Source of the DNA: Gemmatimonadaceae bacterium
Lineage (GTDB): Bacteria; Gemmatimonadota; Gemmatimonadetes; Gemmatimonadales; Gemmatimonadaceae
Length of the DNA: 64,000 bases
Direction of reading: 5' to 3'
Assembly: GCA_036377775.1 (NCBI GenBank)
Contig: DASUXT010000058.1
Coordinates: 5,880 to 69,879, forward strand
In this document: positions 40,287 to 48,926 of the stretch, piece by piece
How the letters are laid out: every line of letters starts with the position of its first letter
Numbering within the stretch: position 1 is the first letter of the stretch
Translations under genes and position numbers: made by a program
The notes under the pieces: model-generated
What the model was told of the DNA's origin: nothing
The model's input: the letters and a program-made list of their open reading frames with translations, nothing else
Database searches by the model: none

Positions 40287-41587
40287 CAGGGAATCCCGAA
40301 GCCGCGTCGCGGCACATAGGTGAGGCGAAGGCGCGGGCGGACGTCCGCCGGAGCGTCCGAGGAATAGAAGTTCAACTCGCCCGGCGTGACGCCTTCCTGC
40401 AGCGCACTGAGGACGATCGCCCGCGTGGCCCGGTCGGCGCCGACCGACCGCCAGGCGCGCACCAGCTGCACGATCTCCACCGTCCGCTTGGCGCCCGTGC
40501 CGGGCATCAGCCGCAGGGTGTCCACCGCGAAGGTGCCGAAGGGAGCGAGGAAGTTCATCTCCGTCGCGACGTCGGTGACCTGTGGCCCGGCGAGCACGGC
40601 CGACGTGAGGACGGTGAGCGTGTCGCCGCTCCCCCCCGCGTAGCGCGAGGGGATCTGCGTGAGCTCGAGCGACGCGCGGATCACCTGCACCGAGTCGAGC
40701 ACGATGGGCGGAATGACGAAGCGCATGTAGGTGCGCGCACCGTTGATGCCGCCGATTGCGAGGATGTCCTGCGGCGGCGGTGGGAGCTCGCCGGCGGCGT
40801 GGACGGGATAGAAAGCGAATGCCGATGCGGTGACGGGATCCGCCGGGCTGCTGGAGTACAGGTTCACCGTATCCGGCGCCACCGTCGAGTCGGGCGACAC
40901 GCGGAAGCGCACGCGCGGCGCGAAGGCGCTCGCGGTGATGCGGAGCGTCGGGAACGACCCATCGCGGATCTTCAGCCCAACGCGAAGCCGCGCGTTGGCC
41001 TGGATCTTCGCCAGCAGCGCCGCGTTGTCGAGCTTCAGCCGCAGCGTGTCGCGCAGCTCTGCCGGCTGGAAGCTCGTGGACCCGATCAGGCGATCCGGCC
41101 GGAAGAGTGGCACGAGCGCAGCGCGGTCGGCGTCCGCGGCCGTGGTGTCCACGTCGAACGCGTCGATCGTGACGGCGGCCGTGGGACGCACGAACGCGGT
41201 ATCGATGACGAAGATCATCGTCGCGCTGTCCACGAAGGTGATCGCGCTGTCGGCCTGCGGCGCCGGCGGCAGGAACCGGCTCGGCAGCGTGTCGAAGCGC
41301 GCCACGATGCGCACGTCGGCCGTATCGCCCCGATTGACGAGCGCCAGCTCGCGCGTCGTGCCGAACAGCGGGTATCCGGTGAGCGTCGTGTCGAACACGA
41401 TCGCCCCGGTGAGCACGGTGTCGCGCAGGGTGGCGCTCTGATCCGAGCAGAGCTCCGGACAGCCGAGCGAGCTGGTCACCTGCTCCGAGCAGGCGCCGAG
41501 CGAGAGAAGAAGAGCGATGCCGAGGGCACCGCGAGCGATCCGATCAGGCACTCCGAACACTCCGTCCGACGTTCCGGCGCGCCTCAT
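40286..41587 (-). CDS. Hypothetical lipoprotein
   Basis: The ATG at 41587 overlaps the cdd stop (ATGA). The lipobox LLLSLGAC is present, and the protein is 433 aa and beta-rich with no recognisable catalytic motif. Its stop overlaps the downstream OMP start. Confidence 0.6.
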   Translation of the reverse strand: MRRAGTSDGVFGVPDRIARGALGIALLLSLGACSEQVTSSLGCPELCSDQSATLRDTVLTGAIVFDTTLTGYPLFGTTRELALVNRGDTADVRIVARFDTLPSRFLPPAPQADSAITFVDSATMIFVIDTAFVRPTAAVTIDAFDVDTTAADADRAALVPLFRPDRLIGSTSFQPAELRDTLRLKLDNAALLAKIQANARLRVGLKIRDGSFPTLRITASAFAPRVRFRVSPDSTVAPDTVNLYSSSPADPVTASAFAFYPVHAAGELPPPPQDILAIGGINGARTYMRFVIPPIVLDSVQVIRASLELTQIPSRYAGGSGDTLTVLTSAVLAGPQVTDVATEMNFLAPFGTFAVDTLRLMPGTGAKRTVEIVQLVRAWRSVGADRATRAIVLSALQEGVTPGELNFYSSDAPADVRPRLRLTYVPRRGFGIP

Positions 41588-42018
41588 CGGCGCTCCAGCC
41601 ACGTGGGGGTAAAGGCATGAGGAAGAAGTTCCGCCATCGACCATCGCGCCTCCGCGCCGTCGCGCGTGACGCTCACTACCGACAGCTCCGGTGCGAACTC
41701 CATGAGGACCTGCCGGCACATCCCGCAGGGCGGCGCCGGCGTCTCGGCTTCCGTGGCGATCACGAGCGCGCGGAAGGACCGCACGCCGCGCGTGACCGCC
41801 GCGGCGACCGCGGCGCGCTCGGCGCAGATGCCAGCCGGATACGCCGCATTCTCCACGTTGCATCCTTCGGTGACGCTGCCGTCGGCGGCGAGCAGCGCCG
41901 CGCCGACGCGGAATCCCGAGTACGGAGCATACGCGCGCTCCATGGCGCCCATCGCACGCTCGGTGAGCGTGGTCCAGACGCGGTCGGTGGGGAGCAGCGT
42001 CTCGTCGCGCGTCGTCAC
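41584..42018 (-). CDS. cdd: Cytidine deaminase
   Basis: The GTG at 42018 overlaps the deoB stop (GTGA). Motifs: [15 protein letters not shown]...GCNVENAAY...CAERAA...PCGMCRQ (zinc ligands). Confidence 0.88.
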   Translation of the reverse strand: MTTRDETLLPTDRVWTTLTERAMGAMERAYAPYSGFRVGAALLAADGSVTEGCNVENAAYPAGICAERAAVAAAVTRGVRSFRALVIATEAETPAPPCGMCRQVLMEFAPELSVVSVTRDGAEARWSMAELLPHAFTPTWLERR

Positions 42019-43187
42019 TGCCCGCGCTCCAGTTGGGGCAGGAAGCTCGTGCCGGCCCCACGGAACCCGACGTTCAACCACTCCGCCACCGTGGCGCCGA
42101 GGTCGGAGAAGGTGCGACGCGCACCCAGCGATACGGGATGCACCGAGTCACCGAGCACGACCAGCGGCACGTTCTCGCGCGCGTGATCGCTGGAGGCAGT
42201 CGTCGGGTCGTTTCCGTGGTCGGCAGTGATGAACAGCAGGTCGTCCTCTCGTAGCGCGGCGCGGATGGCAGGCAGGGCATCGTCGAACTCACGCAGCGCG
42301 CGAGCGAACCCCGCCGCATCGTTGCGGTGGCCATACAGCGTGTCGAAATCTACCAGGTTGGCGAACAGCAACCCACCCTGCTCCCCCTGGAGCCACTCCA
42401 GTACATCCCGGATCCCCTCCGCGTTCCCCGAAGTGTGGCGCGACCGGATTCCACGGCCGGCGAAGAGGTCGTCCACCTTCCCCACGCCGGCGCGAGGCAC
42501 CCCCGCCGCCGAGAGCGCATCGAGCAGCGTCTCGTCCGGCGGCGCGATGCTGAAATCGCGGCGGTTGGCCGTGCGCTTGTACGCCCCCGGCTCGCCGACG
42601 AATGGCCGCGCGATCACCCGTGATACGTCGTTCGGCGCGGTGAGCTGGCCACGCGCCGTCTCGCACGCCGCATACAGCTCTTCCAGCGGTACCGTCTGCT
42701 CGTGGGCGGCAACCTGGAACACGCTGTCGGCCGACGTATAGACGATCCACTTTCCGGTGCGCTGATGCTCCTCGCCCAGCCGATCGATGATCTCGGTCCC
42801 ACTCGCCGCCACGTTGCCGATGACGCCGCGCCCGGTGGCGCTGGTGAAGGCATCGATCACCTCGCGCGGGAAGCCGTGCGGATACGTGGGGAATGGCCGC
42901 TGCAGGTGCAGCCCCGCGATCTCCCAGTGTCCGGTTGTGCTGTCCTTCCCGGCCGACGCCGGCTCCATGAGACCCCACGCCGCGGTGGGCGCCTCCGCTG
43001 CAGGCACGCGCTCGAGGGGCCGGATGTTGCCGAGCCCCGCGCGCTGGAGGTTGGGCAGCGCGATGTCGGTCACGGTCGCGCACACGTGGCCGAGGGTATC
43101 GCTTCCCACGTCGCCATAGGCCGCGGCATCTGGCGCTTCACCGATGCCGACGCCATCGAGCACGAGGATCACGGCGCGCCGTCTCAT
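42015..43187 (-). CDS. deoB: Phosphopentomutase
   Basis: The ATG at 43187 overlaps the alr stop. Motifs: [16 protein letters not shown]...GSDTLGH...[13 protein letters not shown]...[11 protein letters not shown]. Confidence 0.9.
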   Translation of the reverse strand: MRRRAVILVLDGVGIGEAPDAAAYGDVGSDTLGHVCATVTDIALPNLQRAGLGNIRPLERVPAAEAPTAAWGLMEPASAGKDSTTGHWEIAGLHLQRPFPTYPHGFPREVIDAFTSATGRGVIGNVAASGTEIIDRLGEEHQRTGKWIVYTSADSVFQVAAHEQTVPLEELYAACETARGQLTAPNDVSRVIARPFVGEPGAYKRTANRRDFSIAPPDETLLDALSAAGVPRAGVGKVDDLFAGRGIRSRHTSGNAEGIRDVLEWLQGEQGGLLFANLVDFDTLYGHRNDAAGFARALREFDDALPAIRAALREDDLLFITADHGNDPTTASSDHARENVPLVVLGDSVHPVSLGARRTFSDLGATVAEWLNVGFRGAGTSFLPQLERGQ

Positions 43188-44266
43188 GCCGCCGCGGCCC
43201 CCTGTTCCGCGTGGAGATAGCGGCGCGGCAGCCGTTCGCGCAGCCCCGTGAGGATCTCGTACGGCGACAGCTCGCTCCACTGCGCGAGGTGGGCGATGGT
43301 GATGAGCTCACCACCATCGCGTCCGAGCAGCGTGACGAGGTCCCCGAGCGCCGCATCGGTATCGGTCACGTCGAACATCGTCATGTCCATCGTCACGCGG
43401 CCGGCCACGGGAATCCGTCGTCCGTTCAGCAGCGCCTCGCCGCGGTTGCTGAGGCTCCGGCGATACCCGTCGGCATAGCCCACGGGAATGGTGGCGATCC
43501 GTCGCTCGCCCTTCGCCCGCCAGGTGGCGCCGTAGCTCACCGGCTCTCCGTCAGGGACGGTGCGCAGCTCCACGATGCGCGCGCGCACCGCGGCCACCGG
43601 CTCCGGGACGAGCGGTCCTCCTTCCACGTTGGCCACCCCGTAGAGGAAGATGCCGGGACGGCAGAGGGACCATGGGCTCGGTGCGCGGCGCTCTACTGCG
43701 GCGCCATTCTCGGCGTGCACGAGCGCCGGCCTCGCCGGCAGCTCATCCAGGGCCGCAGCGAAGCGACGCTCCTGCTCGTCGCGGCTGCCATCCTCGAGCT
43801 CCGAGGAATGAAAATGCGTGAACACACCGGCCGGGGCAGCACGCTCGAGCAGCTCTCGATGGGCACCGACGGCGTCCCAGCGCATCCCCGCGCGGCCCAT
43901 CCCGGTGTCGATCTGGAGGTGCCACGGACGACCTGTGCGTGCCCACGATTCGATCACCGCCGGATCACCGAGCGCGGGGGTGAGATCAGCGCGACGCAGC
44001 GCGTCGATCTCCGTGCGCAGGATGGGGGTGAAGACGACGATGGGCCGCGTGATCCCGCCGCGACGCAGCTCGTCGCCCTCGGTCACCGTGGCGACGCCGT
44101 ATCCCCAGGGCTCGAGCGCCTCAAGCGCGAGCGCCGCGCGCAGGCCGCCGAGTCCGTAGCCGTCGGCCTTCACCATCGGAAGCAGGGGCACGCCGGCGCG
44201 TGCCGCCACGGCAGCCCCGTTTCGGCACAGAGCGCCCAAGTCGATCTCGACCCAGGCGCGTGTCAT
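43184..44266 (-). CDS. alr: Alanine racemase
   Basis: ATG at 44266: MTRAWVEIDLGALCRNG...LLPMVKADGYGLG (PLP-lysine motif). Confidence 0.88.
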   Translation of the reverse strand: MTRAWVEIDLGALCRNGAAVAARAGVPLLPMVKADGYGLGGLRAALALEALEPWGYGVATVTEGDELRRGGITRPIVVFTPILRTEIDALRRADLTPALGDPAVIESWARTGRPWHLQIDTGMGRAGMRWDAVGAHRELLERAAPAGVFTHFHSSELEDGSRDEQERRFAAALDELPARPALVHAENGAAVERRAPSPWSLCRPGIFLYGVANVEGGPLVPEPVAAVRARIVELRTVPDGEPVSYGATWRAKGERRIATIPVGYADGYRRSLSNRGEALLNGRRIPVAGRVTMDMTMFDVTDTDAALGDLVTLLGRDGGELITIAHLAQWSELSPYEILTGLRERLPRRYLHAEQGAAAA

Positions 44267-44325
44267 GGGACGGCGCGGTTCGCTATCATGTGGAGACTGA
44301 AGAAGATACGGACGGGAGAGGAGCC

Positions 44326-45087
44326 ATGCAACAAAGGGCCGGACTGGGCGAAGCACTGGAGCTGATGAAGGACCTGCGTCGGCGATGCGAATGGGATGCC
44401 GCACAGACTCACGAGTCGCTGCGCCCCTACCTGGTCGAGGAAGCCTACGAGGTCGACGACGCCATCAGGGCGGGTGATGACCGCGCGCTGCGTGGCGAGC
44501 TCGGTGACCTGCTGCTCCAGGTGCTGTTTCACAGCGTGGTGGCCGAGGAGCGTAATGCCTTCGACTTCAACGACGTGGTGGAAGGTTTCCTCGCGAAGAT
44601 GAAGTCCCGGCACCCGCACCTGTACGAGGGAGGCGAGCGCCAGAGCTGGGAGTCGATGAAGGCGAAGCAGCGGGAGAGCATCGTGGACGGCCTCCCCGCC
44701 GACCTTCCCTCATTGCATCGCGCCTTCCGACTGCAGGATCGCGCCGCCGGTGTCGGCTTCGACTGGCCTGATGCGGCAGGAGCGGCGGAAAAGATCGAGG
44801 AAGAGCTGGCCGAGGTGCGCAGCGAGCTCGCGTCGGGCGCGAAGCCCGGCGCGCACGGGGTGCCCGACGCGAAGCTGGAGGAGGAGCTCGGCGACCTGCT
44901 CTTCTCGGTGGTGAACTTCTGCCGGAAGCTCGGCGTGCATCCCTCGCTCGCCCTCGACAAGGCCAACGTCAAGTTCGCGACGCGGTTCCAGGCCGTGGAG
45001 AAGCTGGCGAAAGAACGGGGCGTGGATGTGCGGACGGCCGGGCTGGAGAAGCTCGACCAGCTGTGGGACGAAGTGAAAGCTGGATGA
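44326..45087 (+). CDS. mazG: Nucleoside triphosphate pyrophosphohydrolase MazG
   Basis: ATG at 44326 is preceded by GGGAGAGGAG. Motifs: LMKDLRRRCEWDAAQTHESLRPYLVEEAYEVDDAI...ELGDLLLQVLFH, with the second MazG repeat EELGDLLFSVVNF. Confidence 0.88.
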   Translation: MQQRAGLGEALELMKDLRRRCEWDAAQTHESLRPYLVEEAYEVDDAIRAGDDRALRGELGDLLLQVLFHSVVAEERNAFDFNDVVEGFLAKMKSRHPHLYEGGERQSWESMKAKQRESIVDGLPADLPSLHRAFRLQDRAAGVGFDWPDAAGAAEKIEEELAEVRSELASGAKPGAHGVPDAKLEEELGDLLFSVVNFCRKLGVHPSLALDKANVKFATRFQAVEKLAKERGVDVRTAGLEKLDQLWDEVKAG

Positions 45088-45196
45088 CCGGAGGACCGAT
45101 GGACCGAACGGTCCTCCGGTCTTCCGGTCATCCGGTCTTTCGGTCCTCCGGTCTTCCGGTCATCCGGTCTTTCGGTCCTCCGGTCCTCCCGCCCTA
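45088..45196. repeat. Octamer array (GGTCNNNC type) with a short inverted arm and a 32-nt super-repeat
   Basis: ccggaggaccg-atggaccgaa-cggtcctccgg forms an 11-bp hairpin. It is followed by ggtcctcc ggtcttcc ggtcatcc ggtctttc repeated twice, plus ggtcctcc ggtcctcc. It fills the spacer between convergent mazG and asnS and reaches the asnS stop codon. Confidence 0.95.
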
Positions 45197-46498
45197 CGGC
45201 TTCAGCCGGTGCATCATCCTCGGGAACGCGATCACTTCCCGGATGTGCGGCGTGCCGCAGATCCAGCCGACCGTGCGCTCGAGGCCGAGGCCGAAGCCGG
45301 CGTGGGTGAAGGTGCCATAGCGTCGCAGGTCGAGATACCAGTCGTACGCGGCCACTGGAAGGCCCTCCTCGTTGAGTCGGGCCAGCAGCTTGTCGTAGTC
45401 GTCCTCGCGCTGTGAACCGCCGATGATCTCGCCGTACCCTTCCGGCGCCAGCAGGTCGTCGCACAGCACGGTCCGCGGGTCGTCGGGGTTCTCCTTCATG
45501 TAGAACGCCTTCGCTTCCTTCGGATAGTTGAAGACGAACACCGGCTTGTCGTAGTCCTCCACGATCAGGGCTTCGTCTTCTGCGCCCAGGTCCTCACCCC
45601 ACTGCGTGGCACTTCCCTTCTTCTGGACGAGCGCCACGGCGTCGGTGTAGTTCAGCCGAGGGAACGGCGGCTTGATGTTCTCCAGCTTCGAGACGTCGCG
45701 CTCCAGCTCCGCGAGCTCGGCACGGCGACGCTCGAGCACGCGCTGCACCAGGAAGGAGACGAAGTCCTCCTGCAGGCGCATGTTGGCCTCGGAGTCGTTC
45801 CACGCCACCTCGGGCTCGATCATCCAGAACTCGGTGAGGTGCCGACGCGTCTTGGACTTTTCGGCGCGGAAGGTGGGGCCGAAGGTGTAGATCTTCCCGA
45901 ACGCCGCGGCGGCCGCCTCGCCGTAGAGCTGGCCCGTCTGCGCGAGATACGCGTTTCCCTCCTCGAAATACTCCGTCGCGAACAGCCCCGCACGTTCGCC
46001 GATTGCCGCGGTGAGGATCGGCGTGTCCACGCGCAGGAAGCCGCGCTCGTAGAAGAAATCGTGGATCGCCTGCTCCACTTCGCTGCGGATGACGGCGATG
46101 GCCCGCTGCCTCGGCGACCGCAGCCAGAAGTGCCGGTTGTCGAGCAGGTAGTCGATGCCGTGCTCCTTCGGCTGGATCGGATAGTCCGACCCGCTCGGGC
46201 CGATGATCGCGAGGTCGGTGACGCCGATCTCGTAGCCGCCGGGCGCACGTGGCTCCGACCGCACCTCGCCCGTCACGGCCACCGACGTCTCCGTCGTCAG
46301 CTCGGCGAACCGCTCCCACACTTCAGCGGGAAGCTGGTTCTTCACGAACACCGTCTGGCAGGTGCCCGTTCCGTCGCGCAGCACGGCGAAGGCGATCTTG
46401 CCGGAGGAGCGCACGTGCGTGACCCACGCACGGACGGTGACGGGCGTGCCGACGTGCGACGACAGCTCGGCGATGCGAACGAAGGGAGCGCTGGACAT
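45194..46498 (-). CDS. asnS: Asparaginyl-tRNA synthetase
   Basis: ATG at 46498: MSSAPFVRIAELSSHVGTPVTVRAWV... The class II motifs FGPTFRAEKSKTRRHLTEFWMIEPE and GFGLGLER are present. The remainder of the 991-aa track ORF is an upstream shadow. Confidence 0.92.
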   Translation of the reverse strand: MSSAPFVRIAELSSHVGTPVTVRAWVTHVRSSGKIAFAVLRDGTGTCQTVFVKNQLPAEVWERFAELTTETSVAVTGEVRSEPRAPGGYEIGVTDLAIIGPSGSDYPIQPKEHGIDYLLDNRHFWLRSPRQRAIAVIRSEVEQAIHDFFYERGFLRVDTPILTAAIGERAGLFATEYFEEGNAYLAQTGQLYGEAAAAAFGKIYTFGPTFRAEKSKTRRHLTEFWMIEPEVAWNDSEANMRLQEDFVSFLVQRVLERRRAELAELERDVSKLENIKPPFPRLNYTDAVALVQKKGSATQWGEDLGAEDEALIVEDYDKPVFVFNYPKEAKAFYMKENPDDPRTVLCDDLLAPEGYGEIIGGSQREDDYDKLLARLNEEGLPVAAYDWYLDLRRYGTFTHAGFGLGLERTVGWICGTPHIREVIAFPRMMHRLKP

Positions 46499-46696
46499 GT
46501 AACGAGTATCGGGCGAGTGGCGCAGGGCGGTAGCCGCGCCTAGAATGCCGAGGCGGACGCGTGATGCGCGCGATGCTGCGCGAGCGCCGCTCCGGGGCCG
46601 AACCAACAATGGTATACAGGCCCCCGGGTCCGGCAAAGGGCCGTCGCGGCGAGGTCCTTGCACAACCGGGCTGCACCTCACCCGCACGAACTCTCC

Positions 46697-48199
46697 ATGA
46701 CCCTGCGCTCGAGGCTCGCCCTCGGCCTCGTCGTCCTCGCCGCCGTCCTCGTGGTGCCGCTCTTCGTGGCCCGCTCTGCCCTGCAGCGCCTGCACGGGCA
46801 GGTACGCAGCCTCCGGGAGGGGGAGTTCCAGGCATCGCTCGTGCTCGGACGGCTTCGCGATGCCATGGGCGACGTACGTGCGCGTGAACTGGCCCTCGGC
46901 GTGGTCCGTAGTGACACCGTGCATCGAGAGCTGCTCTCGGCGCTCGGCAAGGCCGAGGCGCTCGCCGATTCGCTGGACCGCCATGCGCTCGACGGATCCG
47001 CCGAGCGCATTCGCGACGACCTGAGGAGGGTTCGCGCCGCGGCGGACGACGAATACAAGGCGATGCGAGACGGCAGGAGCGCGCTCGCCGACTCCATCTC
47101 GCAGGAGCGTGTCGCGCCTCCGCTGCACGACGCGGACATCTCGCTGTCGCCGGCGGAGATGGTGCTTCGGACACGGACGCAGCAGCGGGTGCAGGACGCG
47201 GAGTCGGCGCTCGGTGACGCCGAGCAGGTATCGCTCGCTGCCCTGCTGGCTGCCCTCGTGCTCGCGGCGGGGATCGCGTGGTGGCTCACGCGCTCGATCA
47301 GCGAGCCGGTGCGCGAGCTGGAGGAGGGGATGCGCGCCGTCGCCGATGGCGAGCTCGGCTATCAACTGAGCTATCGGAGCGACCGGCGCGACGAGTTCGG
47401 GCGCCTGGCGACGAGCTTCGAGGAGATGAGCCGGCAGCTGGCCGAGCTGGACAAGCTGAAGGCGGAATTCGCCTCCATCGCCTCCCACGAACTCAAGACG
47501 CCGATCAACGTGATCCTCGGCTACCTCCAGCTGATGACGGAGGGTGTCTATGGCCCGCTCACCGACAAGCAGAAGGAGGTGGCGCAGACGCTGGAGGTGC
47601 AGGCACGCACCCTGGCCCGGCTGGCCGCACAGCTCCTCGATGCCAACCGGTTCGAGGCGGGGGGCGGCCGCATCGAAGCGCGGCCCATCAACCTGGGTTC
47701 GATGCTGGACGAGCTGGAACGATCCTTCCATGTGCTCGCTATCCAGCGCGGCATCGACTTCCGCGTCGTGCGCCGGCCGGGGCTTCCGGACGAGGTATCG
47801 TGGGACCCGGAGCGCATGAACGAGGTGACGGGAAACCTGCTCTCCAACGCGTTCAAGTTCACGCCGTCCGGGGGACGGGTGGAGCTGGACGCAGCGCCGG
47901 ACGAGGACGACTGCATCCGCCTCACGGTGTGCGATACGGGGGCGGGAATCCCGGCAGACCAGTTGCCGCACGTGTTCCAGAAGTTCTATCAGGCGGATAA
48001 CCAGGGCGCGGCGTCGGCGATGGGCACCGGCCTGGGGTTGGCGATCGTGAAGGGGATCGTCGAAGCACACCAGGGTCAGATCAAATGCGAGAGCACCGAG
48101 GGCAAGGGAACGAAATTCACGCTGCTGCTGCCGATCGTCGCCACGAATGGGCGGCGACCGGGCGCCCATCCGACGCCGGCGCGCGGGGCGGCCGTCTGA
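46697..48199 (+). CDS. Membrane sensor histidine kinase (two TM helices, HAMP, HisKA, HATPase_c)
   Basis: ATG at 46697 gives MTLRSRLALGLVVLAAVLVVPLF. HAMP (ISEPVRELEEGMRAVADGELGY), H-box FASIASHELKTPIN, and N/G boxes NLLSNAFKFT, DTGAGIP, GLGLAIVK are present. The track start at TTG 46658 is an alternative. Confidence 0.88.
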   Translation: MTLRSRLALGLVVLAAVLVVPLFVARSALQRLHGQVRSLREGEFQASLVLGRLRDAMGDVRARELALGVVRSDTVHRELLSALGKAEALADSLDRHALDGSAERIRDDLRRVRAAADDEYKAMRDGRSALADSISQERVAPPLHDADISLSPAEMVLRTRTQQRVQDAESALGDAEQVSLAALLAALVLAAGIAWWLTRSISEPVRELEEGMRAVADGELGYQLSYRSDRRDEFGRLATSFEEMSRQLAELDKLKAEFASIASHELKTPINVILGYLQLMTEGVYGPLTDKQKEVAQTLEVQARTLARLAAQLLDANRFEAGGGRIEARPINLGSMLDELERSFHVLAIQRGIDFRVVRRPGLPDEVSWDPERMNEVTGNLLSNAFKFTPSGGRVELDAAPDEDDCIRLTVCDTGAGIPADQLPHVFQKFYQADNQGAASAMGTGLGLAIVKGIVEAHQGQIKCESTEGKGTKFTLLLPIVATNGRRPGAHPTPARGAAV

Positions 48200-48765
48200 G
48201 GCCCAACGCTCCGATCGGAGTGCTGGCGCTGGTGGCGGCGCTCTCGCTCACCGGATGCAGCGCCTTGATGCGCGCGTCGCGCACTCCCACGCAGCCACCA
48301 GCCGCCGAGGCGTGGGCGCAGGCGAGCGCCATGGCGGCGAGCCAGGTCGGCGCGGGGAGCTACGCCGCGGCCGACCGCGCGCTGTCGGACTTCGCCGCGC
48401 GCTACCCCCACACCCCGCAGGCACTCTCGGCGACGCTGCGTCGCGCCGTCTACATGGCCGATCCGGCGAACCAGATGGCGACGGTGCGCGAAGCGACGGC
48501 ACTGCTCGACTCCACGCTCGCCCAGCCGCTCGACTCGGCGAGCCGCTCGGATGCGCGCACGCTGCGACGCATCACGTCGGCCCTGCAGCGCGCCGCGTCG
48601 CTGAGCGCCGGTGGCGCGGCGAATGTCAGCACCCCCGACAGCAGCGCGCGCGCGGTGGACTCCAGGTCGAACAGCGAGGAAATCCAGCGGCTGCGCAATG
48701 AGCTGGCGAAGGCGAACGCGGAGCTGGAGCGGATCAAGAAGCGGGTGGCGCAGCCGAAACCCTAG
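48196..48765 (+). CDS. Hypothetical lipoprotein with a C-terminal coiled coil (start codon uncertain)
   Basis: Lipobox ALSLTGC, and C-terminal EEIQRLRNELAKANAELERIKKR. In-frame start options are ATG 48085 (115-nt overlap with the kinase), CTG 48196 (overlaps the kinase TGA and gives an ideal MRPNAPIGVLALVAALSLTGC signal) and GTG 48220 (signal too short). Confidence 0.55.
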   Translation: MRPNAPIGVLALVAALSLTGCSALMRASRTPTQPPAAEAWAQASAMAASQVGAGSYAAADRALSDFAARYPHTPQALSATLRRAVYMADPANQMATVREATALLDSTLAQPLDSASRSDARTLRRITSALQRAASLSAGGAANVSTPDSSARAVDSRSNSEEIQRLRNELAKANAELERIKKRVAQPKP

Positions 48766-48770
48766 AGGCG

Positions 48771-48926
48771 GGAGGACCGAAAGACGGGAGGACCGAGAGA
48801 CGGGAGGACCGGAGGACCGGAGGGCCGTTCGGTCAATCGGTCCATCGGTCCATCGGTCCACCGGTCCACCGGTCCCTCGGTCCCTCGGTCCATCGGCCCC
48901 TCGGTCCATCGGCCCCTTGGTCCCAC
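48771..48926. repeat. Octamer array with inverted arms (7 x GGAGGACC-type, then 12 x GGTCCNNC-type)
   Basis: ggaggacc gaaagacg ggaggacc gagagacg ggaggacc ggaggacc ggagggcc / gttc / ggtcaatc ggtccatc x2 ggtccacc x2 ggtccctc x2 ggtccatc ggcccctc ggtccatc ggcccctt ggtcccac. It lies between the convergent lipoprotein gene (stop 48765) and recG (stop 48927). Confidence 0.95.

Noticed and set aside
46499-48169. Upstream 557 codons of the 991-aa minus-strand ORF 45194..48169
   Set aside because: Only the C-terminal 434 aa (from ATG 46498) are asparaginyl-tRNA synthetase. The remainder runs antisense through the plus-strand histidine kinase, which has clear HAMP, H-box and ATPase motifs.
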